Assembly: GCA_044360195.1 (NCBI GenBank)
Contig: JBIKKT010000002.1
Coordinates: 31,247 to 95,246, forward strand
DNA length: 64,000 nt
Origin: Bdellovibrionota bacterium
Lineage (GTDB): Bacteria; Bdellovibrionota_C; UBA2361; OMII01
Direction: 5' to 3'
Made by a program: the position numbers and the translations under genes. The notes beneath the pieces were generated by a model that saw only the letters and a program-made list of their open reading frames with translations, searched no databases and had not been told where the DNA came from. How positions within the stretch are numbered: position 1 is the first letter of the stretch; each line of letters starts with the position of its first letter. This document shows, in pieces, positions 42,850 to 53,920 of this stretch.

Positions 42850-43512
42850 ATGGGACAAAAAGTTAACCCCCGCGGTTTGCGATTAGGAATCACCGAAGGA
42901 TGGCAGTCAAAGTGGTTTGCAGGAAAGGAGTTCTCACGCTACATCGGTGAGGACGTAAAGATCCGCAAGTTCGTAAAGAGCAAGCTGAACGCAGCCGGTA
43001 TATCGCGCATCGAGATTGAGCGCGCAGCGGCTCGCATTAAGGTGAACATCCACACCGCAAAGCCTGGTCTTGTGATCGGTAAGAAGGGTAAGGATATTGA
43101 GGACCTTCGTAAAGAGCTGAAGTCTCTCGTGCAGAAAGATGTGAACTTGAGCATCATTGAGGCTCGTAAGGCTGATATGGATGCTCAGCTTGTTGCAGAA
43201 AGCATCGCTTTCCAGCTTGAGCGTCGTGTTAATTTCCGTCGTGCTCTTAAGGAGTCTGTTAACCGCGCGCTTCGTGTCGGTGCTGAAGGTATCAAGGTGC
43301 GCGTGTCGGGCCGTTTAAACGGGGCAGAGATTGCACGTACAGAGAGCTACCGTGAGGGGCGCGTGCCGCTTCATACGCTGCGAGCCGATATCGACTACGG
43401 TCTTGCTGAAGCTAGCACCACGTATGGAATTATCGGAGTGAAAGTTTGGGTATTCAAGGGCGAGAAGTTCGCCCCAGGTGAAGAAGTAGCTGCTGAGGCG
43501 ATTGACCTATAG
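42850..43512 (+). CDS. rpsC: 30S ribosomal protein S3
   Basis: [14 protein letters not shown]...KH domain. 220 aa. Confidence 0.95.
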   Translation: MGQKVNPRGLRLGITEGWQSKWFAGKEFSRYIGEDVKIRKFVKSKLNAAGISRIEIERAAARIKVNIHTAKPGLVIGKKGKDIEDLRKELKSLVQKDVNLSIIEARKADMDAQLVAESIAFQLERRVNFRRALKESVNRALRVGAEGIKVRVSGRLNGAEIARTESYREGRVPLHTLRADIDYGLAEASTTYGIIGVKVWVFKGEKFAPGEEVAAEAIDL

Positions 43513-43550
43513 TAGTGCTAGCCTGAAAGGGGATTTTCTCGGAGTAGAAT

Positions 43551-43976
43551 ATGTTACAGCCAAAGAAGCCGCGTTACCGCAAGCAGATGAAGCTTTATCG
43601 CCACCTGAAAATCAAGGAGACACGAGGGTGTACCTTGGAGTTCGGAGAGTTTGGTTTGAGAGCTATGGAGGCCGGTTGGGTCACTAACCGTCAGATCGAG
43701 GCTGCTCGTCAAACCATGGTTAGACACATCAAGCGTGGTGGTAAGGTGTGGATTAAGGTTTATCCAGATAAGCCCCTGACATCTAAGCCTGCCGAAGTGC
43801 GTATGGGTAAAGGAAAGGGAGCTGTAGAGCACTGGGTAGCTGAAGTGAAATCCGGACGTATTATGTACGAAATCACCGGTGTCGCTGAAAAGGTTGCAGT
43901 TCAGGCGTTGGAGCTCGCTTCTGCGAAGCTTCCAATCAAGACAAAGATAGTTGTTCGGTCCGCCAGCTTGATTTAA
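43551..43976 (+). CDS. rplP: 50S ribosomal protein L16
   Basis: [14 protein letters not shown]. 141 aa. Confidence 0.95.
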   Translation: MLQPKKPRYRKQMKLYRHLKIKETRGCTLEFGEFGLRAMEAGWVTNRQIEAARQTMVRHIKRGGKVWIKVYPDKPLTSKPAEVRMGKGKGAVEHWVAEVKSGRIMYEITGVAEKVAVQALELASAKLPIKTKIVVRSASLI

Positions 43977-44039
43977 GGGGCGGAAGAAGGCATAGTTCGG
44001 CCTCGTTTTGGCCATGTAGACGGATAGGTAGTTTAAATT

Positions 44040-44246
44040 ATGAAACGTCGAGATTTTCTAAAAGAGATCGCGGGATTCGACAAGGCTGCATTGCATCAGA
44101 AGGCAGGTCAGTTGGCCGAGGAGCTCATGAAGTTGCGATTCAAGCAAGCCTCACGGCAGCTTGAGAAGCCGCATATGCTCAGGGAAACCCGGGTAGCACT
44201 CGCTCGCGTACAGTCTGAACTCAGTAAGAGGGGTAAGGCTAAATAG
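44040..44246 (+). CDS. rpmC: 50S ribosomal protein L29
   Basis: 68 aa helical protein in the L29 position. Confidence 0.85.
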   Translation: MKRRDFLKEIAGFDKAALHQKAGQLAEELMKLRFKQASRQLEKPHMLRETRVALARVQSELSKRGKAK

Positions 44247-44323
44247 GGAAGCCTGCGCTGCATGGCAGCGCGAGAGTATTGCGCAGGGACGCAAGAGATT
44301 TCGGATAGGTAAAAGGTAGTTAT

Positions 44324-44629
44324 ATGGCAGAGGCAAAGAACAGTTCAAAGGGCGTATCCGCTTCGGCGAGTACAACCTCTCGCGGTCTTCGCAAGAGTGA
44401 GGACGGGGTTGTTGTTAGCAACAAGATGGACAAGACGATAGTGGTGGCAGTTGTTCGACAAGTTCGACACGCAACCTATGGTAAGTTTATCCGTAAGACC
44501 AAGAAGTACTATGCGCACGATGAAGGTCGTCAGTGCTCTGTTGGTGACAAGGTTCGGATCGTCGAGACGCGCCCCTTGAGTAAACTCAAGCGGTGGAAAC
44601 TTGAGACTATCCTCACTAAGGCTGAGTAG
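44324..44629 (+). CDS. rpsQ: 30S ribosomal protein S17
   Basis: [40 protein letters not shown]. Confidence 0.9.
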   Translation: MAEAKNSSKGVSASASTTSRGLRKSEDGVVVSNKMDKTIVVAVVRQVRHATYGKFIRKTKKYYAHDEGRQCSVGDKVRIVETRPLSKLKRWKLETILTKAE

Positions 44630-44693
44630 TCGCGTTAAGGGATAGTGTAGCGGGGGATTTCTGAGTCGAGATCTGAAGGGGAAGTAGAGAGAT

Positions 44694-45062
44694 ATGATTC
44701 AATTAAAGACCGTGCTCGAAGTAGCTGATAATTCGGGCGCAAAAAAAGTGGTGTGTGTGAAGGTTCTCGGCGGCACTCGTAAGCGATACGCCTCTGTTGG
44801 TGATGTTGTGGTAGTTGCTGTGCGAGAAGCGATAGCAAACTCAAAGATCGCTAAGGGGTCGGTGCACAAGGCGGTTATCGTTCGAACGGCCAAGGCTGTA
44901 GCGCGCGAGGATGGATCGTTTATCCGGTTTGATGACAACAGTGCTGTTCTTATTAATGCGTCGTTTGAGCCAGTTGGTACTCGAATTTTCGGACCTGTGG
45001 CTCGCGAGCTGCGCGGAAAGAAGTTCATGAAGATCGTGTCATTGGCGCCAGAAGTTCTGTAG
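44694..45062 (+). CDS. rplN: 50S ribosomal protein L14
   Basis: [27 protein letters not shown]. 122 aa. Confidence 0.95.
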   Translation: MIQLKTVLEVADNSGAKKVVCVKVLGGTRKRYASVGDVVVVAVREAIANSKIAKGSVHKAVIVRTAKAVAREDGSFIRFDDNSAVLINASFEPVGTRIFGPVARELRGKKFMKIVSLAPEVL

Positions 45063-45091
45063 TTGAAGATCTGAAGTAGAGGAGTTAGAAA

Positions 45092-45475
45092 GTGGCAGCT
45101 AAAACGTCAAAAAATGGAAGACAAGCGCGGGTCTCCTCGGTTCTCCGAAAGGGAGATTCGGTGATGGTGATATCCGGCGGGAATAAGAACAAGCGCCCCC
45201 TTAAGGGACAGGTCGGTAAGATCAAGGCTTTTGTCGGTGACAAGCGACAACGTGTTATCATCGAGGGTTTAAACCTCATGGTTAAACACAAGAAAGCTTC
45301 TACTCCTGGCGAGGAAGGCGGAAAGATTAAGGTTGAAAGCTCTATTCACATCTCCAACGTAATGTTTTACGTGGAGGCTATCAAGCGTCCGGTGCGGCTC
45401 GTATCGGGATTGGTGGATGGGAAGAGGGTTCGGGGTTATAAGGATCCCAAAACTAAGGCATTTGTTAAGATTTAG
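45092..45475 (+). CDS. rplX: 50S ribosomal protein L24
   Basis: GTG start after SD GAGGAG. KOW motif [15 protein letters not shown]. Confidence 0.9.
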   Translation: MAAKTSKNGRQARVSSVLRKGDSVMVISGGNKNKRPLKGQVGKIKAFVGDKRQRVIIEGLNLMVKHKKASTPGEEGGKIKVESSIHISNVMFYVEAIKRPVRLVSGLVDGKRVRGYKDPKTKAFVKI

Positions 45476-45486
45476 TAGGTGTTGTT

Positions 45487-46026
45487 ATGAGTCGTTTGGC
45501 GGAGCACTACAAGAACAATGTTGTTCCTGCGCTAATGAAGAAGTTTAACTACTCTTCTCCCATGCAGGTTCCAAAGCTCGAGAAGATCGTGCTTAACACG
45601 GGTGTTAGGGACGCGGTTAACAATTCAAAGGCTATTCAATTCGTTGAGTATGCCATGACGCAGATAAGCGGACAGAAGCCGGTGGTAACCCGCGCTCGTA
45701 AGTCGATAGCAGCCTTTAAGTTGCGTGAAGGTCTTCCAATTGGAGTGATGGTCACAATGCGCAAGCAGCGCATGAATGAGTTCCTCGATCGTCTCATCAC
45801 AGTAGCTCTTCCTCGCGTGCGAGATTTCAGAGGTGTTCCTCGTAAGGGGTTCGATGGGCGCGGTAACTACACGATGGGCATCAAGGAGCAGATCGTGTTC
45901 CCAGAAATCGAAATTGAGAAGCTCGATACAGTTCGAGGTATGGACGTTACTTTCGTAACAACCGCCAAGACCGATGAAGAGGGTCTTGAGCTTCTTGAAC
46001 TCATGGGTATGCCGTTTCGTAAGTAG
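45487..46026 (+). CDS. rplE: 50S ribosomal protein L5
   Basis: 179 aa in the L5 position ([20 protein letters not shown]). Confidence 0.95.
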   Translation: MSRLAEHYKNNVVPALMKKFNYSSPMQVPKLEKIVLNTGVRDAVNNSKAIQFVEYAMTQISGQKPVVTRARKSIAAFKLREGLPIGVMVTMRKQRMNEFLDRLITVALPRVRDFRGVPRKGFDGRGNYTMGIKEQIVFPEIEIEKLDTVRGMDVTFVTTAKTDEEGLELLELMGMPFRK

Positions 46027-46044
46027 TAGGCAGGGAATAACGTT

Positions 46045-46443
46045 ATGATAAACGATCACGTATCAGACATGGTCACTAGAATTCGCAACGGTCAACGGGC
46101 TGGTCACAAGGCAGTTGTCGTTACCTCGTCAAAGCTGAATAAGAGCGTGCTTGAGGTTCTCAAGCGAGAGGGGCTTATTGAAGACTTTGAGCTTGGACAG
46201 GATGATGGCGGAAAGCCAGCAATCCTCGTTTCGCTCAAGTACTATTCAAGCGGCCGTCCAGTAATCAGCAAGGCTGTGCGCGTATCGCGTCCGGGTTGCA
46301 GAAAGTATTTCAGAGTGGAGAAGCTTCCAAAGGTGAGCAGCGGTCTTGGTATCTCGATCGTTTCTACATCTCGTGGAGTTCTTGCCGACCACGAAGCTCG
46401 TAAGCAGCGAGTGGGCGGGGAAGTTATTGCGCTCTTCGGCTAG
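46045..46443 (+). CDS. rpsH: 30S ribosomal protein S8
   Basis: DMVTRIRNGQRAGH...GISIVSTSRGVL. It begins 18 nt after rplE, so there is no room for rpsN. Confidence 0.95.
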   Translation: MINDHVSDMVTRIRNGQRAGHKAVVVTSSKLNKSVLEVLKREGLIEDFELGQDDGGKPAILVSLKYYSSGRPVISKAVRVSRPGCRKYFRVEKLPKVSSGLGISIVSTSRGVLADHEARKQRVGGEVIALFG

Positions 46444-46462
46444 TTTTTGAAAGAGGTGTTTC

Positions 46463-46999
46463 ATGTCACGTATCGGTAAGTTGCCAGTGGCGCTTCCCCA
46501 AGGAGTAAAGGGGGCGGTATCGGGCGCAGTTGTTTCAGTAGAGGGGCCCAAAGGGACGCTCTCGTTCTCTATCACCCGCGGTGTTTCCGTTGAGGTAGTT
46601 GATGGGAAGTTCGTGGTGTCGTTATCAGGGTCTGACGCGCAAGCGAAGGCTAATTACGGTACCGTACGCGCAACCATCAACAACATGGTGAAGGGCGTTA
46701 GTACCGGTTGGAAGCGCACGCTTGAGTTGAACGGAGTTGGATTTACCGCGAAAGTTCAGGGCAAGTCGCTCGTTCTAGTGGTTGGATTCTCTCACGATGT
46801 CATTCTGGATATCCCAGAGGGGGTTAAGGCTACAGTGAATAAGAATATCATTGACCTTGAGTCCTCGGATCGAGAGGTTGTTGGAACGTTCGCAGCAAAG
46901 ATCAGGGGCGTTCAACCTCCAGAGCCTTACCTCGGTAAGGGGATTAAGTATTCGGAAGAGAAGATCCGCCGTAAGGCTGGTAAGACCGGTAAGAAGTAA
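46463..46999 (+). CDS. rplF: 50S ribosomal protein L6
   Basis: MSRIGKLPVALPQGVK. 178 aa. Confidence 0.95.
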   Translation: MSRIGKLPVALPQGVKGAVSGAVVSVEGPKGTLSFSITRGVSVEVVDGKFVVSLSGSDAQAKANYGTVRATINNMVKGVSTGWKRTLELNGVGFTAKVQGKSLVLVVGFSHDVILDIPEGVKATVNKNIIDLESSDREVVGTFAAKIRGVQPPEPYLGKGIKYSEEKIRRKAGKTGKK

Positions 47000-47040
47000 C
47001 CGGAAATTCAATTTGGTAGGGCTGTAGGAGTAGGGGCCGT

Positions 47041-47448
47041 ATGGCAACGCAAGGAAAAAAGATAGCTTCGTCAAAGAGGCATAAGACCAAGCTTAAGATT
47101 CGCAAGAAAATTGCGGGCACAAGTGAGCGCCCGCGCTTAAGCGTGTTTAGGAGCTCAAAGCACATCTATGCGCAGCTTATCCACGACAATAGTGGAAAGA
47201 CGGTAGCAAGTGCGTCGACGTTGGAGAAGGACGTAGTCGCTAAGATCGCCGCTCTTCCAAAGGATGAGTCTAACGGCAAGACAAGCACTAAGTCGTGCGC
47301 AGCAGCGCGCGCGGTAGGTCTCATCCTCGCTGAGAGAGCGAAGGGGGCTAAGGTCGCACAAGTGGTATTCGACCGAAATGGATTTGTGTATTGTGGGCGT
47401 ATAAAGGCTTTGGCTGATGGCGCACGCGATGGCGGCCTTGATTTTTAG
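47041..47448 (+). CDS. rplR: 50S ribosomal protein L18
   Basis: 135 aa ([20 protein letters not shown]). Confidence 0.9.
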   Translation: MATQGKKIASSKRHKTKLKIRKKIAGTSERPRLSVFRSSKHIYAQLIHDNSGKTVASASTLEKDVVAKIAALPKDESNGKTSTKSCAAARAVGLILAERAKGAKVAQVVFDRNGFVYCGRIKALADGARDGGLDF

Positions 47449-47459
47449 TTCGGAGACGT

Positions 47460-47996
47460 ATGGCTTTTAAAGATATTCTAGACAAGCGAAGGGTAACGAT
47501 TGACCAGTGCGGGGAGCTCACCGATAAGACGGTTTTCATTAACCGTGTTTCTAAGGTGGTTAAGGGCGGTCGTCGCTTCAGCTTTAGTGCGCTAGTAGTA
47601 ACCGGTGACGGAAGAGGTCACATTGGTTATGGCCTTGGAAAGGCAGCGGAGGTTCCTGATGCAATTCGGAAGGCTTCCGAGCAGGCTCGCAAGCGGCTCA
47701 TCAAGGTTCCCCTTAAGGGAACTACGATTCCTCATGATATAATCGGCAAGGCAGGTCCCTCAACCGTTATCATGAAGCCTGGTGCTCCAGGAACAGGAGT
47801 TATCGCAGGTGCCTCTGTTCGAGCTATAATGGACGTTTGTGGAATTAAGGATATCCGGACTAAGTGTATCGGTTCCAGTACACCGCAGAACGTTCTCCAG
47901 AGCACGTTGATGGGTCTTCTCTCGCTTGAGGAACCAGAAGTGGTGGCAGCAGTTCGAGGGGTTACCCTTGAGGAGATGGGATACCATCCATTCTAG
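47460..47996 (+). CDS. rpsE: 30S ribosomal protein S5
   Basis: [36 protein letters not shown]. Confidence 0.95.
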   Translation: MAFKDILDKRRVTIDQCGELTDKTVFINRVSKVVKGGRRFSFSALVVTGDGRGHIGYGLGKAAEVPDAIRKASEQARKRLIKVPLKGTTIPHDIIGKAGPSTVIMKPGAPGTGVIAGASVRAIMDVCGIKDIRTKCIGSSTPQNVLQSTLMGLLSLEEPEVVAAVRGVTLEEMGYHPF

Positions 47997-48047
47997 TGGA
48001 TTGGATTTAGGATTTCGGTGTTAAGTAGGTAGAGCTTACGGTGTTGT

Positions 48048-48230
48048 ATGAGCAAAGTACGGGTCAAGCAAGTTAGAAGTGATATTGGCCGCGCGCCAAC
48101 CGTTAGAAGAACTCTTAAGGCCATTGGCCTTGGGGCGATCGGGAAGAGCAAGGAGCTCCCACTGAATGATTCAGTACGGGGTATGCTGCGCAAGGTCGAG
48201 CATCTTCTAACGATAGAGCCAGTTAAGTAG
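48048..48230 (+). CDS. rpmD: 50S ribosomal protein L30
   Basis: 60 aa (VKQVRSDIGRAPTVRRTLKAIGL). Confidence 0.85.
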   Translation: MSKVRVKQVRSDIGRAPTVRRTLKAIGLGAIGKSKELPLNDSVRGMLRKVEHLLTIEPVK

Positions 48231-48261
48231 TCTCAAAAGCAGTATATAGGTGAGTGTAGTC

Positions 48262-48741
48262 ATGGCTAAGAATTTAACTCTTCATACACTAAAGCCGAAC
48301 GCCGGCTCGCGTAAGAATCGTACTCGTGTTGGACGCGGAGAAGGTTCCGGTCACGGAAAGACCTCCGGTCGCGGAGGAAAAGGTCAAACAGCACGGTCTG
48401 GCGGAGGAGTTCGTCCAGGATTTGAGGGAGGTCAGATGCCTCTCTATCGGCGTCTTCCTAAGGTTGGTTTTACCTCCGGCAAAACAGCTCGCGGTGACAA
48501 TAAATACAACGTAGTCCGTTTATCTGCGCTACAGCGACTTGATAACGGAACCACTGTCGATGCTGTTGTAATCCGAGGTATGGGCCACGGAAAGCACAGT
48601 GGTAATAAGGCAGGGATCAAGGTTCTTGCTGACAACGGCGAGTTTTCCAAGAAGCTGCACCTTAAGGTGAACGCTATATCGGAAGGTGCTCGAGCTAAGG
48701 TTGAAGCTGCGGGCGGGACCGTAGAGATCCTTGGAGCTTAA
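48262..48741 (+). CDS. rplO: 50S ribosomal protein L15
   Basis: ATG at 48262 after SD AGGTGAG. GRGEGSGHGKTSGRGGKGQ...GGQMPLYRRLPK. Confidence 0.9.
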   Translation: MAKNLTLHTLKPNAGSRKNRTRVGRGEGSGHGKTSGRGGKGQTARSGGGVRPGFEGGQMPLYRRLPKVGFTSGKTARGDNKYNVVRLSALQRLDNGTTVDAVVIRGMGHGKHSGNKAGIKVLADNGEFSKKLHLKVNAISEGARAKVEAAGGTVEILGA

Positions 48742-48915
48742 GGGTATCGGACGTCGTAGGGATATTTTTCTCGCGGATGACGACTACCTCGCCGGCGATC
48801 TCAGTCAGAAGTCTTCAAAAGTCTTGACGGCGTGGCTGCTTGAGCAGCATTCTGCTCAAGATAATAACGTGGGCACAAATTTCAAACAGTAATGTGTGTG
48901 TACTGAGGGGGTTCG

Positions 48916-50250
48916 ATGAGCGGCCTGGCGCAGGTTTTTCAGATTCCGGAGCTTAAGAAGCGACTGCTTTTTACCATATCAATGTTGGCCGTGTATCGCT
49001 TTGGAGTGTTTGTTTCCACCCCAGGTGTTAACGTTGATGCGATTCGTCGCATGTTTGAGGACTCCTCGAATACTCTCTTTGGTCTCATTAACCTATTTTC
49101 CGGAGGAGCACTCGAACAGTTCTCCATCTTTACTCTGGGAATATCGCCTTACATTACAGTTTCGATCATTATTCAGCTGCTATCTCCCAGCATTCCTCTC
49201 CTTGAGAACCTGAAGAAAGAAGGGGAGGCGGGGCGTAAGGTGATAACGCGGTACACCCGTCAGGGGACGATCCTTCTCGCGCTCTTTCAGAGTTTTATGA
49301 TTGCGCGGGCCCTTGAGTCTAAGGGGCTTGCCACTCCAAGTTTATCATTCGAATTGATTACTATGGTAACGCTGACAGCTGGTACGGCGTTCATCATGTG
49401 GTTAGCAGAGCAGATAACTGAGCGCGGGTTAGGTAACGGCACAAGTGTCATCATCTTTGCAGGAATCGCGGCACGTATGCCCTCAGTTATGGGTTCAACA
49501 GTTGAGCTTGCGCGAACAGGTGAAGTGTCGCCTTTTGCGATTCTCTTCCTGTTGGCTTTCTGCTTGGCCTCGATTTACGGAATTATATACGTGGAGCGAT
49601 CATCGCGCCGCATACCGGTACAGTATCCGCGTCGCATGGTTGGTAAGCGCATGACGCAGGCACAGACTCAGTACATGCCGCTTAAGCTCAACATGACCAG
49701 TGTAATACCGCCGATCTTCGCCTCAGCTCTTATGATGCTTCCAGCCACCATCATGACGGTAGTGCCTGGAGCGCAGGACACCGCCTTGGCAAGTTTCTTT
49801 ACCCCAGGCGAGTGGGGATATGAGGGTGTTTTTGTGGCGCTTATCATCCTGTTTGCTTTCTTCTACACCGCTGTTGTTTTTAATCCGCAAGAGGTTGCCG
49901 AAAATCTGAAGAAAAATGGCGGCTTCATACCTCTGGTGCGTGCCGGCCAAGAGACAGCAGATTATCTGTACGGGATTCTCAATCGGCTAACGTTGTGGGG
50001 AGCTCTCTATCTCTGCTTGGTGTGTGTATTGCCGCAGATGGTGTACGTCAATCTTGGTGCATCGCAATTTGCTTACGTGTTTGGGGGAACTGCCGTGCTA
50101 ATCGTAGTGGGAGTTACCCTTGACACGGCATCGCAGATTGAGTCGATGTTAGTGGCGCGTAACTATGAGGCGTTCATGTCGCGCTCAACGAAGGCTCGCA
50201 GCGGCGCGGGTTCTATGAGCCAAGCGCGCGGAAGACTTATCCGTCGTTGA
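48916..50250 (+). CDS. secY: preprotein translocase subunit SecY
   Basis: 444 aa with 10 TM segments, in the SecY position after rplO. Confidence 0.95.
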   Translation: MSGLAQVFQIPELKKRLLFTISMLAVYRFGVFVSTPGVNVDAIRRMFEDSSNTLFGLINLFSGGALEQFSIFTLGISPYITVSIIIQLLSPSIPLLENLKKEGEAGRKVITRYTRQGTILLALFQSFMIARALESKGLATPSLSFELITMVTLTAGTAFIMWLAEQITERGLGNGTSVIIFAGIAARMPSVMGSTVELARTGEVSPFAILFLLAFCLASIYGIIYVERSSRRIPVQYPRRMVGKRMTQAQTQYMPLKLNMTSVIPPIFASALMMLPATIMTVVPGAQDTALASFFTPGEWGYEGVFVALIILFAFFYTAVVFNPQEVAENLKKNGGFIPLVRAGQETADYLYGILNRLTLWGALYLCLVCVLPQMVYVNLGASQFAYVFGGTAVLIVVGVTLDTASQIESMLVARNYEAFMSRSTKARSGAGSMSQARGRLIRR

Positions 50251-50282
50251 GACTTAAACAAACCGATAGGGGAGAACGAACC

Positions 50283-50849
50283 ATGCGAGTAGTTCTGTTG
50301 GGTCCGCCAGGAGCAGGCAAAGGTACTCAGGCCACGCTTATCTGCAAGAAGTTCGGCATTCCTCACATTTCGACAGGAGAGATTCTGCGTGAGCAGGTCG
50401 CTTCAGGCTCTCCTCTCGGTCTTAAGGTTAGGTCTGTCCTGGACGCAGGGGAATTGGTGAGCGACGAGCTAGTCATGCAGGTGGTTGAGGAGAGACTCAG
50501 CCGACCGGATTGTACTGCAGGGTTCCTTCTTGATGGTGTACCCAGGACCGTGCGGCAGGCTGAGATATTAGTTTCAATCTTGGCAAAGAATGGCCTTAAG
50601 CTGTCCGGGGTGGTTCAGGTTACGGTACCAGAAGATGTGCTCCTTGAGCGAATCCGGCTGCGGGGAGGGGGTTCTGCCCGCACTGATGATACTGCAGAGG
50701 TCGCAGTTCGGCGCTTGCATGTTTATCGGGAGCAGACAGCCCCAGTAGCAGCCTTTTACGAGCAGGAGGGGCTTCTAAGAGGGGTTGATGGGGTCGGTGC
50801 TGTTGAGGAGGTTTCTGTCCGAATACTCTCTGCTTTAGGCGTGGGCTAG
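50283..50849 (+). CDS. adk: adenylate kinase (short-LID form)
   Basis: SD AGGGGAGA before the ATG at 50283. P-loop GPPGAGKGTQA. Short LID segment without a Cys4 zinc motif. Confidence 0.9.
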   Translation: MRVVLLGPPGAGKGTQATLICKKFGIPHISTGEILREQVASGSPLGLKVRSVLDAGELVSDELVMQVVEERLSRPDCTAGFLLDGVPRTVRQAEILVSILAKNGLKLSGVVQVTVPEDVLLERIRLRGGGSARTDDTAEVAVRRLHVYREQTAPVAAFYEQEGLLRGVDGVGAVEEVSVRILSALGVG

Positions 50850-51183
50850 CCGTCTGGCTCCGGATTCAATCTTTGTGCCGGTTGGGGTGTAAGCCTTGGT
50901 GCGTTGAGTTTGTTGGGGCGGTTTTTCGCTGGGGCATCAAAAAAACCTTGACGAGCTTCGTGAAAAGCCAGGAAAAGGAGCCGTTAGCGGGGTGGAGGGC
51001 TTGTAAAGGCGGTGGAAATATGTAGAATCTGGCGTCCTTGATTTTGGACGTCCAATCGCCCCGGTTTCGTTAAATAAACCATCGGAGAGCGGTTCTGTCG
51101 AGGGAATAGTCGGTTCTTTTAGGGCCTCATCCTCTTAGACCGTGTGTTTGGCGTAGTGTAATGCGTTTTTTGGAGATGATGTT

Positions 51184-51300
51184 GTGAAGGTCCGAGCCTC
51201 TGTCAAGCCAATATGCGGCTACTGTAAGGTAATCAGGCGTAAAGGCAAGGTCTACGTATTCTGTAGCCGAACGCCCAAACATAAGCAGCGTCAAGGTTAA
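51184..51300 (+). CDS. rpmJ: 50S ribosomal protein L36
   Basis: Not in the ORF track (38 aa). GTG start after GGAG. Translation (M)[37 protein letters not shown] carries the Zn-ribbon Cys/His pattern. It sits immediately upstream of rpsM. Confidence 0.85.
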   Translation: MKVRASVKPICGYCKVIRRKGKVYVFCSRTPKHKQRQG

Positions 51301-51319
51301 TTGTAGTAGGAGTTAGTAC

Positions 51320-51703
51320 ATGCCACGTATAGCAGGTGTAGACCTCCCCCGTAATAAGAGAGTTCTTCTCGGTTTGACCTATATCTACGGTATAGGCGTA
51401 ACCAAGTCGAAGCGGATTCTCTCCGAGGCAGGGATCAACGAGTCAACAAGAACAGATAGCCTCACTGAAGAGGAGGTTGATAAGATCCGCAAGGTGATCG
51501 AACGCAAGGAAAAGGTAGAGGGAGACCTCCGCCGAGAGGTAAGTGCTTCGCTCAAGCGATTGATGGATCTTGGATGTTACCGAGGGCTCCGTCACCGTAA
51601 GAATCTTCCAGCTCGCGGACAACGTACGCGTACTAACGCTCGTACTCGTAAGGGTCCACGACGCGCTCCGATAACCGGAAAGAAGGCTGCAACTAAGACC
51701 TAG
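51320..51703 (+). CDS. rpsM: 30S ribosomal protein S13
   Basis: [26 protein letters not shown]. Confidence 0.95.
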   Translation: MPRIAGVDLPRNKRVLLGLTYIYGIGVTKSKRILSEAGINESTRTDSLTEEEVDKIRKVIERKEKVEGDLRREVSASLKRLMDLGCYRGLRHRKNLPARGQRTRTNARTRKGPRRAPITGKKAATKT

Positions 51704-51750
51704 TAAGTAAAGGCGCAGAGTTTAGATAGTCACCAACAAAGGAGTCTTTT

Positions 51751-52155
51751 GTGGCAGAAGTTCGCGGAACCAGTGCAACAGCAACGAAAAAGAAGAAGGT
51801 AAAAAGGAACGTCCCCGTAGGTGTGGCGCATGTCCACGCAACCTTCAATAACACCATCGTCACGATAACGGACCCAGCCGGTAACGTGATAGCTACATCC
51901 AGCTCGGGTGCTAACGGATTCAAGGGCTCGCGCAAATCCACTCCATTCGCTGCTCAGGTAGCGGGAGATACGGCAGCTCGTAAAGCTAAAGAAGCAGGAG
52001 TTCGGACGGTGAGTGTTCGTATCAAGGGGCCGGGATCTGGTCGTGAATCAGCGCTTCGCGCGTTGCATCTCGCTGGATTGCAGGTGACCTTAATCAAGGA
52101 CATTACCCCCGTGCCACACAACGGCTGTCGCGCACGAAAGAGTCGTCGAGTTTAA
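51751..52155 (+). CDS. rpsK: 30S ribosomal protein S11
   Basis: GTG start after [29 protein letters not shown]. Confidence 0.95.
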   Translation: MAEVRGTSATATKKKKVKRNVPVGVAHVHATFNNTIVTITDPAGNVIATSSSGANGFKGSRKSTPFAAQVAGDTAARKAKEAGVRTVSVRIKGPGSGRESALRALHLAGLQVTLIKDITPVPHNGCRARKSRRV

Positions 52156-52175
52156 TTGAGAGGATAGATTACGTC

Positions 52176-52802
52176 ATGGCAAGGTATTGCGGATCGGTTT
52201 GCAGATTGTGTCGTCGAGAGGGGGAGAAGCTCTTCCTCAAGGGCGAGCGTTGCTTTACTGGAAAGTGTGCAGTTGAGAAGCGAGAGGGAGGCCCAGGACA
52301 ACACGGTCGTGGTCGCCAGGCTTTCTCAAACTTCAAGATTCAGCTTCGTGAGAAGCAGAAGGTAAAGCGTTCCTACGGTCTTCTCGAGAAGAAGTTCCGT
52401 GGTACGTTCGAGGTCGCTGCTAGCACCAAGGGAGTAACGGGAACAGAGCTTCTTGTACTTCTGGAGCGTCGACTTGATAACGTTGTTTATAAGCTAGGCT
52501 TCGGGTCTTCGAGACCTCAGGCACGGCAGATTGTTAATCACGGACATGTCCTCGTAAACGGAAAGCGAGTTTCTATTCCGTCATACACGGTTTCGCCAGG
52601 GGATGTAGTAGAGGTTGCTCAGCGTAGCAAGGCAAACCCTCTCGTGGTTGCGGGTATGGAAGCAGCACGGTCGCGAATTATCCCTGAGTGGCTCTCTCTA
52701 GACCAGCAGGCTGTGAAGGGTACCGTTAACGCTCTCCCAACACGCGAGCAGTTACCAGCAACCTTCCGTGAGCAGTTGATCGTTGAACTGTACTCAAGGT
52801 AG
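52176..52802 (+). CDS. rpsD: 30S ribosomal protein S4
   Basis: [26 protein letters not shown] (a zinc-type N-terminus) and an S4 domain. Confidence 0.95.
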   Translation: MARYCGSVCRLCRREGEKLFLKGERCFTGKCAVEKREGGPGQHGRGRQAFSNFKIQLREKQKVKRSYGLLEKKFRGTFEVAASTKGVTGTELLVLLERRLDNVVYKLGFGSSRPQARQIVNHGHVLVNGKRVSIPSYTVSPGDVVEVAQRSKANPLVVAGMEAARSRIIPEWLSLDQQAVKGTVNALPTREQLPATFREQLIVELYSR

Positions 52803-52891
52803 TTTATCGTCGTTAGCCCGGGCTTCTGTGAAACAAACAAGGCCCTGGCGTTACATGTTATAGGCACTTTTACGAATTGGGGAATAGGGGC

Positions 52892-53908
52892 ATGAAGAAG
52901 GTCAGTCTCAAAGACTTGATAAGGCCAAGTAAGGTTGAAGTTGAAGGCAGCACTGCGGATAGCCGTTATGGCAAGTTTATCGCAGAGCCCCTTGAGCGCG
53001 GGTACGGAATGACTATCGGTACCGCTCTGAGGAGGATTCTTCTTTCGAGCCTTCAGGGAGCAGCGATTACGTCGATTCGTATCGACGGTGTGTCTCATGA
53101 GTTTTCAACTGTCCCAGGCATCGCCGAGGACGTAACAGAGATTTCGCTTAACCTCAAAGAGGTTGTTCTCCGTCTCGAGGATAAAGAGGAAGCAGTGTTG
53201 TTCGTTGAGGCGCAGGGACCAGGAAAGCTAACCGCTGGCATGCTGCAGGGCGACCCAGCAGTTGCTGTGCTCAATCCAGACCTCGTTATCGCAACCCTGG
53301 GCGAGGGTGCTTCCATCAAGATGGAGGTATCAGTCAAGGTAGGACGAGGTTATGTGCCTGCTGATAAGAATAAGGTTGAAGGCGCTCCAGTTGGAACGAT
53401 CTTTATTGATTCGATCTTCTCGCCAGTACGCAGGGTGAACCTTGCAGTTACTAATGCGCGTGTTGGTCAACGAACTGACTACGACAAGCTCTCGATGGAG
53501 ATTTGGAGTAACGGAAGTATAGATCCGCGATCTGCCGTAGCGCAGGCTGCACATATCTTCGTTGATCAACTCGGAATCTTCGTTGGTGAGGATCTGATCG
53601 TTGAGCGTGAGGAACCCAAGAGCGAAGAGCCTTCGAAGCGTTGGAATGAGAACCTCTTCCGTCGCATCGACGAGCTTGAGCTTAGCGTACGCTCGGCTAA
53701 CTGCCTTGAGAATGCGGATATTAAGTACATCGGAGAGTTGGTTCAGAAGAGCGAGGCTGAGATGCTTCGTACCAAGAACTTTGGGCGTAAGTCTCTCAAC
53801 GAGATCAAAGAGATCCTATCTGAGATGGGACTATCGTTGGGGCTCAAGCTGGAGGAGTTTCCAGCTCGCCGCGAGCTCGATCAGATGAAAGAACAGACCG
53901 ATCACTAA
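52892..53908 (+). CDS. rpoA: DNA-directed RNA polymerase subunit alpha
   Basis: ATG at 52892. [22 protein letters not shown] matches the alpha NTD. The CTD ends with the LNEIKEIL helix. Confidence 0.95.
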   Translation: MKKVSLKDLIRPSKVEVEGSTADSRYGKFIAEPLERGYGMTIGTALRRILLSSLQGAAITSIRIDGVSHEFSTVPGIAEDVTEISLNLKEVVLRLEDKEEAVLFVEAQGPGKLTAGMLQGDPAVAVLNPDLVIATLGEGASIKMEVSVKVGRGYVPADKNKVEGAPVGTIFIDSIFSPVRRVNLAVTNARVGQRTDYDKLSMEIWSNGSIDPRSAVAQAAHIFVDQLGIFVGEDLIVEREEPKSEEPSKRWNENLFRRIDELELSVRSANCLENADIKYIGELVQKSEAEMLRTKNFGRKSLNEIKEILSEMGLSLGLKLEEFPARRELDQMKEQTDH

Positions 53909-53920
53909 ACGAGGTGCAGT

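Noticed and set aside
50850-51183. Expected infA between adk and rpmJ
   Set aside because: I translated all frames of the 334-nt gap by eye. There is no IF-1-like ORF, only promoter-like sequence (TTGTAA-16-TAGAAT) and the rpmJ RBS.
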